Below are positions 1 to 8,145 of a DNA stretch of 64,000 bases, in pieces; within the stretch, counting starts at the first letter, position 1; every line of letters starts with the position of its first letter. Source of the stretch: an uncultured Actinomycetes bacterium (GTDB taxonomy: Bacteria > Actinomycetota > Thermoleophilia > Gaiellales > Gaiellaceae). A program made the translations under genes and the position numbers. The DNA is taken from positions 998,723 through 1,062,722 of the forward strand of contig CAVUQB010000005.1 of NCBI GenBank assembly GCA_963743545.1. Reading direction: 5' to 3'. A model generated the notes under the pieces. That model was not told the DNA's origin and made no database searches. It saw nothing but the letters and a program-made list of their open reading frames with translations.

Positions 1-336
1 CGCGAGGAGGCGGCCGAAGGTCGCGCTCATCACGTCGGTCACCTCTTCGGCGCCGAGGCGGCCCTTCGGCGCGAGCCGCTCCGACATCGCGGTGAAGCCG
101 GACACGTCGACGAACGCCATCGTCCCGTTCAGCGCGCGATGGCGCTCCTCAGGGGCGTCGCGCAGCCACTCGAGCGTGATGCGAGGCAGATAGGGGACGA
201 CTGCGGCACCGCTCGGTCTCGGCCCGAGTCTCGTTCTCCGGTACCCCCACGTGCTCGATTGTGCCCGCCATTGACAAGAAACGTGAAGGGGCGCATGCTC
301 CGAACGCAGGACCGGTTGGTCCCGGTCTTGCGGCAA
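1..336 (-). CDS. class III adenylate/guanylate cyclase-domain protein, N-terminal part (gene continues past the left edge; start not resolved)
   Basis: A minus-strand frame absent from the ORF track (open to position 1) reads ...VVPYLPRITLEWLRDAPEERHRALNGTMAFVDVSGFTAMSERLAPKGRLGAEEVTDVMSATFGRLLA. The FVDVSGFTAMSE block is typical of the start of a cyclase homology domain. The conserved part begins near 201. The only canonical in-frame start upstream is TTG at 336. Confidence 0.55.
   Translation of the reverse strand, partial: MPQDRDQPVLRSEHAPLHVSCQWRAQSSTWGYRRTRLGPRPSGAAVVPYLPRITLEWLRDAPEERHRALNGTMAFVDVSGFTAMSERLAPKGRLGAEEVTDVMSATFGRLLA
271..299 (+). promoter_or_regulatory. candidate sigma70-like promoter for the large secreted protein gene
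   Basis: TTGACA at 271-276, a 17 nt spacer, then CATGCT at 294-299. It lies in a locally GC-poorer stretch upstream of the 539..5713 gene. Pattern match only. Confidence 0.25.
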
Positions 337-538
337 GGGGGAGGGAATGGTTGACGCGCGCGGGCATACCGGGCGAACCGAGGGACGAAGCTGAAGTCGA
401 GCACTTCTGGTTCCTGCTGCCGAGCTGTGGTCGCTGCTTGCGCTGCTTGCGCTTCCCGCGAGCGCGCCTGCCGACCCGCCCCCATCCGGGGCTCAGATCG
501 TTGGCGGCTTTGTCCAGTCGGAAGTCAAGCCCGTCGAC

Positions 539-3500
539 TTGACTGCCGCCGGCACCTCGGACTGGGCTCTTTGGAGCTACAACAGCTCGGCGATTCCGGC
601 GGCGCTGACTCCGAGCGAGACCAAGGCCGGCGGCGGCCGACAGATCAGCGATCTCAGCATCGTCAACACCGACGGCACGCCGACGCGGGGCTTCGGCGGC
701 TTTGACGACAACCTCGTCCCCTTCAATTTCAGCTGGACGGACGGCTCCCCGGATGCTGCCGTCTCAGGCGGCCATGGGGGCATCACCGCGCCCGCCGTCG
801 GACAAGGACTGTCGTTCACGGTTCCAGCCGGAACGGGTTTGCAGAAGCTGAGCATCTGGACGTCCGCGCACTACGCCGATGGGACGCTCACCGCCCACCT
901 GTCCGACGGAAGCGCGCCCGACTACTCGCAGACCATCGATGCGGAACCGGGTGAGTTCACCGATGTCAGCGAGAACGTCCCGGCGGTCTTCACGCTCGAG
1001 TATGCGGCGTCGAGCCCGGGACAGACCTTGACCGTTACCTGGATGGACGACTCGAACAACGGCTGTCCCGGCTGCGACGACATCGTTCTCTACGGGGCTG
1101 CGCTCGATGGTGGGCTGTCGAACCTGAACGTGAACGCGACGCCGTCGAGCGCGGGCGCGGGCATCGACCAGGTGCCGATCTCGACCATTCCGAACGCCTG
1201 GCTCTCGTTCTTCGCCGGGGGTACCAGCTCGACCCCGGTCGGCTCGACGCCCGTCGGATCCACTCCGGTCGGCTCGACCCCTGTCGGTTCCACGCCCGTC
1301 GGATCGACGCCGGTGGGCTCTACTCCCGTGGGATCCACCCCGGTCGGCTCCACGCCCGTCGGCTCGACGCCGGTCGGCTCCACCGGCCTCTTCGATCTGC
1401 CCGTCGGCTCCACGCCTGTCGGCTCGACGGCGCTTTCGTCGGTGCTGCTTTCGCAGGTCCAGCTCCACGGCGTTACGTGGGGCCAGATCCTCTGCGGCTC
1501 GCTCGCCGCCAAGCCGCTGACCGCGGTCACGCTGCAGGACCTGAAGACGAATACCGAGACGTGCACCGACGGCAAGACGTCCCTTCAGCACTTCGAGGCC
1601 CTGACCATGCAGCAGGTCGACCTGACGACGACGCTGCTCAAGTCGGTCCACTGGGCGACGCTGTTGATGGGCAACACGTCTCTGTCCGCGCTGCCGGGCG
1701 GCTTCGACGCCTGGTGTGGTACGAACGGCAACATCCCGTCCGACGGCGGCAGCTGCACCAACGCCGGTCCGACGACGACCGTCCTCCAGATGGACGTCGC
1801 CGGCCAGCTCGGCTCGGCGCCGGTCGGCTCGACTCCCGTGGGCTCCACGCCGGTCGGTTCGACGCCGGTCGGTTCGACGCCGGTCGGTTCGACGGACGTC
1901 TCCGCCTCGCTGCTCGCGAACATCGCGCTCGCCGACATCGCCGATCTCTCGAACGTCGTCAACTGCACCGGAAGCTTCGACTGCACGGGCAAGACGCTCG
2001 GCGACGCCTACACGGCAGGGGCGATCCTGCCGACGGCAACGTTCTCGGACCTCGCGAACGCGATGGCCGCCAACAACATCACGATCAACGACCTCGTCGT
2101 CGCGATCATCGGCGCGGCAGGCTTCCCGTGGGAGCAGCTGCCGATCCAGGGGCTCCAACCGTACTCCGCGACCAAGTCGAAGGTCCACTACACGATCAGC
2201 GCCGACGTCGACTGCACTGTCGTCTCGCAGCTCACCTTCACGGCACACCTGCCGGCGGGCTTCTTCCCGGTGGACGGCTCTTCCCAGATCGCCTTCGGCA
2301 ACAACGCGCCCACGAGCGCGGGCACGGCAGCCGTGCTCGGGCAGGACGCGGCGTCCGCGCAGAAGCTGAATGCCTACCGCTGGACGGTCGGCTGTCCTGC
2401 CGGTGGGACAGCGAACGAGTCGGCGACGCTGACCTTCGACTCCTGGGTCGGCCTCAAGCTCGGCACCTTCACGACGGGCGCCACTGCCGCGACCGCCGAC
2501 TCCACGCTCTCCACGACGAGTGCCCCCGTCACCGTCCACCAAAACGCCGAGGCCGGCGATCCGTCGACCGCGAGCACGATCCAGCCGAACACGCTCGTCG
2601 TCGGCCACATCGCGTCCAGCGGCGCCCAGGCCTTCTACAAGGTGAACATCGGCAATCTGCCGCAGGGGACGCGCCTGCGGGCCTTCCTCAACGTGCCTGG
2701 GGACGCCGACCTCGATTTGACGATCAGCGCTCCCGCCGCGCCGTCGTTCTTCTCCACGCCCGTCGGCTCGACTCCCGTCGGCTCGACCCCGATCGAGGAC
2801 AACGGCGTCGGCTTCGCGGGGCTCGGCCAAGGGCTGTCACCGGACACGCTCCAGGACGTGCCCGTGGGCTCGACTCCAGTCGGTTCCACCCCGGTCGGCT
2901 CGACGCCGGTCGGGAGCACATCGGACGCCCGTGGTGACGGCGTGAACGAGGCCGGCGCGGTCATCACGAGTGGTCAGAGCGGCTACGCGACGATCGGCGT
3001 CAGCGGCTACAACGGCGCGTCGAGCAACCAGCCGTTCGTGCTGCGTGTGCAGAAGACGCCGCCACCGCCGCTGCCGGCCTGCCCGGCGCGGACGTTCGCA
3101 AACGGCGCTCCCTCGAGCTTCACGCCGGGGACCCTTCCGGGGTCGCTTCCGACCTCCACGAAGACGGTGTTCATCGTGGACAGGCAGCGGCTAACTGCCA
3201 TGTACGGAGCTACGGCGGTCACCAACCTGTTCAGCTCGCTCAACACGCTCGCTGCCCGCTCCGAGGTCGCCGGCACCGTCCTCTCCGTGGACGGGAACGC
3301 CGCCGTGCGGAACGCCTACTCCGCGTGGGACGCGACTCCCTGCAACACGACGGCGCGCAACAACGTGGTCACGGCCATCAACAACGTCGTCGCGACGTAT
3401 CGCAACTCGACGAACGGACTGCCGAACCTCCACTACGTCGTCCTCGTGGGCTCCGACGAGGCGACGCCGATGGCGAACGTCCCGGACCCGGTCACGCTGT

Positions 3501-5713
3501 CGCCGGAGGAGAACGAGGCCGCCGACCTCGCCTTCACCACCAATGGCCTGACGAAGGGGAACGCTCTCTACGCCTCGGCGGCTCAGAACAACATCCTCAC
3601 CGACGGCGCCTACGGAGCGTTCACAGCCATTCCGTGGCTGGGGAGCAACCTGCTCCTGCCGCAGATCTCGGTCTCCCGCCTCGTCGAGACGCCGACAGAC
3701 ATCATCGGCCAGGTCAACCGCTACCTCGGCAACAACGGCATCAGCGCACCGCAGACAGCCGCCGGGACGCTCAAACCGACCTCCGCGCTCGTCACCGGCT
3801 ACGACTTCCTCGCCGACGGGGCAAAGGCGGTTCACGACAACCTCAAGGCGAACTTCGCCGGGCTCTCGACGCTCGACTCGTTCGCCTCCGGGAACCCGGC
3901 GATCAACTTCCCCGGCTTCCCGAATCCGTGGACCGCGAACGACGTGCTCACGAGCGGCCTCCAGTCGAGCAGCGCACCCTCGATCGTCTCGGTGGACGGG
4001 CACTACAACCAGTACGAGCTCGAGTCCGCGAGCGGCGACCTCGCGAACACCGGTCAGGCCACTGCGAATCTGGCGGCCCGCATCTTGTTCACCATGGGCT
4101 GCCACGGCGGCCTCAACGTCTCCGACACGTTCGGAAGCCCGACGTCCCCGGCGAACAAGTACCTCGACTGGCCCGAGCTCTATGGGCGCGACCAGGCGGC
4201 GATGTACATCGCGAACACCGGCTACGGCTACGGCGACAGCGCCTCGGTCGCCCTCTCGGAGCGCCTGCTCGCGCTCTTCGCCAAGAACCTCCACTCCGAC
4301 GCGGGGTCGGTGGGGGAAGAGTGGGTGAACGCCCTCCAGCAGTACTTCGCAACCGCGGGCGCGTATGACGTCTACGACCAGAAGGTGATGGAGGAGACGA
4401 CCTTCTACGGACTGCCCTTCTGGCACTTCTCCACGGCGGGCTCGAGCCCGACCTTCACGCCGCTCACGACGACCGCCGATCCGATCACCGGCACCCAGAG
4501 CGCGACGGTGAGCTTCCCGGCCACCGGCGACACCACGCAGAGCCAGTTCGGCCTCTACCGGCCGATCCTGCCGATCACGAGCCAGCAAGTGACCTCGTCC
4601 TTGCCGGCCCGCGGCGTCTGGATCAAGAGCCTCACCTCCGCCGACGCCAACACGAACGCGACCATCGGCTACCCGACGATCGACTCGACGGCGCATGAGC
4701 CGGCGCCCGGCATCTCCCCGATCTTCTTCCCGGCGAGCCCGTTCACCCTGGAGCACTCGCTGGCGTTCGGGAGCGAGCGCGACTACCTCAACGTCAGCGA
4801 TCAGTTCCGGCCCACAGGCCCTGGAGATGCCGGAGCTCAGCGGCACTTCAACAGCGGGACCTTCGAGATCTTCTACTCGCAGGGCACCGACCCGGTGGCA
4901 CCGCTGATCCCGGAGGTGAACGTCTCCACGACCGGGGGCGTCGCGACGATCTCCACGCGTGTGAGCGACAGCTCGAGCCCCGTCGCCGAGGTGGCTGCGC
5001 TCGTCAACGACGGGCACTGGCACTACCTCCAGCTCTCGCAGTCATCGCAGGATCCGACGCTCTGGACCGGAACGATCTCCGTCGCGGAGGACCCGGAGGT
5101 GTTCGTCGAGGCGACCGACGGCGTCAACGTCTCCTACAGCGCGAACAAGGGCGAGAACTTCACCTCCACGAACAGCGCACCTCCCGCAGGCCCGCAGATC
5201 CTGATCGCCTCGCCGGTCGGCCCGTACGCCGCGCACGCAAACGTGGTCGCCACCTACACTTGCCCTGGCGCCGTGAGCTGCGTTGGCACAGTCCCGAGCG
5301 GCTCGCCGATCGACACGAGCCCTGGGAAGCACACCTTCCTCGTCACCGCAACCGACGCGGACGGGAACGTCACGACTCTGCAGCGGACGTACGCGGTCGG
5401 CGACCTCGCACTCACGTTGAGCATCTCGCCCTCGACGGTGCATGCCGGGGCGGCGGTCGTCGCGAAGGCGTCGCTCACGAACACGTCGAGCACGACGCAG
5501 AGCGTGACTCTCAACGCGACCTTCGCCTTCGGCACGAAGTTCGTCGTCAACACGCCGCCGGTGACGTTCAGCCTCGCAGCCGGGAAGACGCTCGCCGTCA
5601 CGCTTCCGTTCGTCGTGCTGAAGAACACGCCGAAGGGGACGTACGCGGTCACGCTGCGGGCCTCCGATGCCTCGGGGCCGGTTGCGGCGACGGCGACGTT
5701 GACGGTGAACTAG
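539..5713 (+). CDS. large secreted multidomain protein: N-terminal beta-rich domain, PVGST-repeat linkers, PPC-like domain, gingipain/C25-like clan CD cysteine peptidase-like region, C-terminal Ig/CARDB-like domains
   Basis: 1724-aa ORF with TTG start in the track. YVVLVGSDEATPMANVPDP, SVDGHYNQYE (His codon 4001-4003) and ILFTMGCHGGLN (Cys codon 4100-4102) resemble the His/Cys dyad arrangement of clan CD (C25-like) peptidases. DADLDLTIS ... GYATIGVSGYNG...FVLRV resembles a pre-peptidase C-terminal (PPC) domain. The C-terminal LTLSISPSTVHAGAAVVAKASLTNTSS...TYAVTLRASD resembles a CARDB/Ig fold. The true start is probably upstream (see findings). Confidence 0.6.
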   Translation: MTAAGTSDWALWSYNSSAIPAALTPSETKAGGGRQISDLSIVNTDGTPTRGFGGFDDNLVPFNFSWTDGSPDAAVSGGHGGITAPAVGQGLSFTVPAGTGLQKLSIWTSAHYADGTLTAHLSDGSAPDYSQTIDAEPGEFTDVSENVPAVFTLEYAASSPGQTLTVTWMDDSNNGCPGCDDIVLYGAALDGGLSNLNVNATPSSAGAGIDQVPISTIPNAWLSFFAGGTSSTPVGSTPVGSTPVGSTPVGSTPVGSTPVGSTPVGSTPVGSTPVGSTPVGSTGLFDLPVGSTPVGSTALSSVLLSQVQLHGVTWGQILCGSLAAKPLTAVTLQDLKTNTETCTDGKTSLQHFEALTMQQVDLTTTLLKSVHWATLLMGNTSLSALPGGFDAWCGTNGNIPSDGGSCTNAGPTTTVLQMDVAGQLGSAPVGSTPVGSTPVGSTPVGSTPVGSTDVSASLLANIALADIADLSNVVNCTGSFDCTGKTLGDAYTAGAILPTATFSDLANAMAANNITINDLVVAIIGAAGFPWEQLPIQGLQPYSATKSKVHYTISADVDCTVVSQLTFTAHLPAGFFPVDGSSQIAFGNNAPTSAGTAAVLGQDAASAQKLNAYRWTVGCPAGGTANESATLTFDSWVGLKLGTFTTGATAATADSTLSTTSAPVTVHQNAEAGDPSTASTIQPNTLVVGHIASSGAQAFYKVNIGNLPQGTRLRAFLNVPGDADLDLTISAPAAPSFFSTPVGSTPVGSTPIEDNGVGFAGLGQGLSPDTLQDVPVGSTPVGSTPVGSTPVGSTSDARGDGVNEAGAVITSGQSGYATIGVSGYNGASSNQPFVLRVQKTPPPPLPACPARTFANGAPSSFTPGTLPGSLPTSTKTVFIVDRQRLTAMYGATAVTNLFSSLNTLAARSEVAGTVLSVDGNAAVRNAYSAWDATPCNTTARNNVVTAINNVVATYRNSTNGLPNLHYVVLVGSDEATPMANVPDPVTLSPEENEAADLAFTTNGLTKGNALYASAAQNNILTDGAYGAFTAIPWLGSNLLLPQISVSRLVETPTDIIGQVNRYLGNNGISAPQTAAGTLKPTSALVTGYDFLADGAKAVHDNLKANFAGLSTLDSFASGNPAINFPGFPNPWTANDVLTSGLQSSSAPSIVSVDGHYNQYELESASGDLANTGQATANLAARILFTMGCHGGLNVSDTFGSPTSPANKYLDWPELYGRDQAAMYIANTGYGYGDSASVALSERLLALFAKNLHSDAGSVGEEWVNALQQYFATAGAYDVYDQKVMEETTFYGLPFWHFSTAGSSPTFTPLTTTADPITGTQSATVSFPATGDTTQSQFGLYRPILPITSQQVTSSLPARGVWIKSLTSADANTNATIGYPTIDSTAHEPAPGISPIFFPASPFTLEHSLAFGSERDYLNVSDQFRPTGPGDAGAQRHFNSGTFEIFYSQGTDPVAPLIPEVNVSTTGGVATISTRVSDSSSPVAEVAALVNDGHWHYLQLSQSSQDPTLWTGTISVAEDPEVFVEATDGVNVSYSANKGENFTSTNSAPPAGPQILIASPVGPYAAHANVVATYTCPGAVSCVGTVPSGSPIDTSPGKHTFLVTATDADGNVTTLQRTYAVGDLALTLSISPSTVHAGAAVVAKASLTNTSSTTQSVTLNATFAFGTKFVVNTPPVTFSLAAGKTLAVTLPFVVLKNTPKGTYAVTLRASDASGPVAATATLTVN
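1229..1429 (+). repeat. in-frame 15-bp tandem repeat block 1 encoding (PVGST)x10, a short break, then x2
   Basis: Read directly: ccg gtc ggc tcg acg and synonymous variants, 10 consecutive units, then GLFDL, then 2 more units. Confidence 0.95.
1811..1894 (+). repeat. in-frame 15-bp tandem repeat block 2 encoding (PVGST)x5
   Basis: GSAPVGSTPVGSTPVGSTPVGSTPVGSTD. The last three units are identical 15-mers (acgccggtcggttcg). Confidence 0.95.
2753..2792 (+). repeat. in-frame repeat block 3 encoding (STPVG)x2 plus a partial unit
   Basis: FFSTPVGSTPVGSTPIED read from the sequence. Confidence 0.9.
2861..2919 (+). repeat. in-frame repeat block 4 encoding (PVGST)x4
   Basis: DVPVGSTPVGSTPVGSTPVGSTSD read from the sequence. 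Confidence 0.9.
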
Positions 5714-5728
5714 GCGCCTCCTGGCGCC
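5713..5728 (+). terminator. weak hairpin immediately after the large gene
   Basis: GGCGCC-TCCT-GGCGCC (6-bp stem, 4-nt loop) overlapping the TAG stop. No U-tract follows. Confidence 0.2.
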
Positions 5729-5746
5729 GCGCATACACTCCGCGCC

Positions 5747-6778
5747 GTGGCCAAGGTGGCTCCGGAAGAACACGAGTTGCGGCGCGTGATCGACGAGGAG
5801 CGCGAGGTCGACGGTCTCCGCGCCGACGAGCTGCTCGCGATCTACCGCTCGCTGATCCTGCTACGCACGTACGACGAGCGCTCGGTTGTCTACCACCGGC
5901 AGGGCCGGATCGGGACGTACGCGATCTTCTGGAACCACGAGGCGATGCAGGCCGGCTCGGTACACGCGCTCGCCGACGGGGACTGGATCTTCCCGAGTTA
6001 TCGCGAGTCGGCGATCGGACTGCTGCGCGGGCTGCGGCCGAGCACCGTCCTCCACTGGTGGCGCGGCCATCCGGCCGGCTGGTGGAACCCGGCGGAGTAC
6101 CGCGTCGCGTCGATCTGCGTGCCGATCGCGACGCACGTCTCGCACGCGGCCGGCCTCGCCTGGGGCGAGAAGCTGAAGGGCAACTCGACCGTCGCGATCG
6201 CCTACTTCGGCGACGGCGCCACGAGCGAGGGCGCCTTCCACGAGGGTGCCAACCTCGCGGCGGTGATGCAGGCGCCGCTGATCCTCTTCTGCAACAACAA
6301 CCAGTGGGCGATCTCGACGCCGCTCGAGGCGCAGACGCGCGCCGAGACGCTCGCGGACAAGGCCGTCGGCTACGGAATGCCGGGCGTGCGGGTCGACGGC
6401 GGCGACGTCCTCGCGGTCTACGAGGCGACACGTGAGGCGGTCGAGCGCGCGCGGGGCGGAGGCGGGCCGACGTTCATCGAGGCCGTGACCTATCGCGCCG
6501 CGCCGCACGCGACGGCAGACGACCCGAGCGTCTACATCGACCTCGACCGGGTCGAGGAGGAGAGACGCAACGAGTGCGTCGGCCGCTACGACGCCTATCT
6601 CCGGCGGCTCGGAGTGCTCGACGACGCGATCGCCGAGGAGATCAAGAACGAGGCGCTCGAGGCGATGCGCGAGGGAATCGCGGCGGCCGAGGCCGAGCCG
6701 GACCCGGATCCCGAGCTCGTCTTCGACAACGCGTACGTCCTCCCGCCGCCGAACCTCCGGGAGGGCTGGGATGGCTGA
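5747..6778 (+). CDS. 2-oxoacid (pyruvate/branched-chain) dehydrogenase E1 component, alpha subunit (TPP-dependent)
   Basis: 343 aa. YFGDGATSEGAFHEGANLAAV...LFCNNNQWAIS is the TPP-binding motif region of E1 alpha. Followed by E1 beta with an 8-nt overlap. Confidence 0.9.
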   Translation: MAKVAPEEHELRRVIDEEREVDGLRADELLAIYRSLILLRTYDERSVVYHRQGRIGTYAIFWNHEAMQAGSVHALADGDWIFPSYRESAIGLLRGLRPSTVLHWWRGHPAGWWNPAEYRVASICVPIATHVSHAAGLAWGEKLKGNSTVAIAYFGDGATSEGAFHEGANLAAVMQAPLILFCNNNQWAISTPLEAQTRAETLADKAVGYGMPGVRVDGGDVLAVYEATREAVERARGGGGPTFIEAVTYRAAPHATADDPSVYIDLDRVEEERRNECVGRYDAYLRRLGVLDDAIAEEIKNEALEAMREGIAAAEAEPDPDPELVFDNAYVLPPPNLREGWDG

Positions 6779-7745
6779 GCTGTTCCTGGTCGAGGCCGTG
6801 AACGACGCGCTCCACGTCGAGCTCGCCCGCGACGACGCGGTGATGGTCATGGGCGAGGACGTCGGCCGGGCGGGCGGCGTCTTCCGGGCGACCGCCGGGC
6901 TGCGCGACCGCTTCGGCGAGAACCGCTGCGTCGATACGCCGCTCGCCGAGGCTGCGATCCTCGGCAGCGCGGTCGGCCTCTGCATGGCCGGCTGGAAGCC
7001 CGTCTGCGAGATGCAGTACGACGCGTTCTCGTATCCCTGCCTCGACCAGCTGATCACCCACGTCGGCCGCTACCGCTGGCGCACCGGCGGGAAGATGGAG
7101 TTCCCGCTCGTCGTGCGGATGCCGTACGGCGGCGGCGTGCGCGCCCCCGAGCTGCACGACGACTCGCCCGAGGCGTACTACGTCCACACGCCGGGCGTGA
7201 AGGTCGCGATCCCGTCCACGCCGGCCGACGCGAAGGGGCTGTTGGCGGCGGCGATCCGCGATCCGGATCCCGTCGTCGTGCTCGAGCCGAAGCTCATCTA
7301 CCGCGGCGAGAAGCAGGAGGTGCCCGAGGGCGAGCACGTCGTGCCGCTCGGCGAGGCGCGCCTCGCGTGGGAGGGGACCGACGTGACGCTCGTCGCCTAC
7401 GGCGCGATGGTGTCGGTATGCGAGCGCGCGGCGGACGCGCTCGCGGGCGAGGCTTCCGTCGAGGTGCTCGACCTCCGCTCGCTGCGGCCGCTCGACGAGG
7501 ACGCGCTGCTCGCGTCCGCCGCCAAGACCGGCCGAGTCGTCGTCGTGCAGGAGGCGCCGCGCACGGCGGGGTTCGGCGCCGAGCTCGCGGCCATCCTCGC
7601 CGAGAAGGCGATTCTCGATCTGCGCGGGCCGGTGCTGCGCGTGACCGGCTTCGACGTGCCGTATCCCTACTGGAAGATCGAGGATCGCTACATGCCGTCG
7701 GTCGAGCGGGTCGCCGGTGCCGCCCGGAAGCTCCTCCAGTTCTGA
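6771..7745 (+). CDS. 2-oxoacid dehydrogenase E1 component, beta subunit
   Basis: 324 aa. VMGEDVGRAGGVFRAT..L...FG..R..DTPLAEAAI.G.AVG.. and a transketolase C-terminal-like half are typical of E1 beta. Confidence 0.9.
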   Translation: MAELFLVEAVNDALHVELARDDAVMVMGEDVGRAGGVFRATAGLRDRFGENRCVDTPLAEAAILGSAVGLCMAGWKPVCEMQYDAFSYPCLDQLITHVGRYRWRTGGKMEFPLVVRMPYGGGVRAPELHDDSPEAYYVHTPGVKVAIPSTPADAKGLLAAAIRDPDPVVVLEPKLIYRGEKQEVPEGEHVVPLGEARLAWEGTDVTLVAYGAMVSVCERAADALAGEASVEVLDLRSLRPLDEDALLASAAKTGRVVVVQEAPRTAGFGAELAAILAEKAILDLRGPVLRVTGFDVPYPYWKIEDRYMPSVERVAGAARKLLQF

Positions 7746-8145
7746 ACGTCTCAGGATCTGGCTCGAGCGCGGCGAGTCGGGCTACTGGCTGCGCGATGCG
7801 GCGACCGGGGACGCGATGAAGTGGGACGACCCGCGGGTGCGGGTGGTCAAGCTTGCAGGTGCGTCGTATCGCGCCGACGCGCTGCAGGACGAGGCGTTCG
7901 CGCCCGGCCGGCGGCTCGCGCTCGTCCCGGAGCCCGAGAACGAGCACGACCCGCATGCGGTCGCGGTCTGGGATGCGGAGCGGCGCCTGCAGGCGGGCTA
8001 CGTCCCCGCCGGGGTCGCGCCGGAGCTGCGTGGCGACGAGCAGGCCCTCTCGCTGTGGGAGTTCCGCGGCGACGACGGGAGCCGCATCGGCCTGCGTGTC
8101 CTCGTGGCGCCGGCGGACGTCTGGATCCAGGAGCCGCGGTCGTGA
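7717..8145 (+). CDS. HIRAN domain-containing protein
   Basis: VVKLAGASYRADALQDEAFAPGRRLALVPEPENEHDPHAVAVWDAERRLQAGYVPAGVAPEL matches the HIRAN pattern (rEP.N.hDp.Av.V ... GYvp). GTG start at 7717 overlaps E1 beta by 29 nt. An alternative ATG lies at 7816. Confidence 0.6.
   Translation: MPPGSSSSSERLRIWLERGESGYWLRDAATGDAMKWDDPRVRVVKLAGASYRADALQDEAFAPGRRLALVPEPENEHDPHAVAVWDAERRLQAGYVPAGVAPELRGDEQALSLWEFRGDDGSRIGLRVLVAPADVWIQEPRS

Noticed and set aside
1229-2919. Possibility that the 15-bp periodic blocks are a CRISPR array or a non-coding satellite
   Set aside because: The period is 15 bp with no spacers. The units are in frame with a long ORF and differ mainly at synonymous positions. There are no cas genes in the window.
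1090-2967. Minus-strand ORFs containing VEPTG repeats (1090..1575, 1585..1992, 2635..2967)
   Set aside because: They are simply the antisense reading of the PVGST repeat blocks. The flanking sequence in those frames is not protein-like.
764-5023. Long minus-strand ORFs (764..2830, 688 aa; 3191..5023, 610 aa) and several plus-strand alternative-frame ORFs inside the giant gene
   Set aside because: Their products are Arg/Asp/Gly/Glu-rich strings with no domain-like segments. They are the mirror or shifted frames of a gene with clear domain content. Long spurious ORFs are expected in DNA this GC-rich because stop codons are rare.
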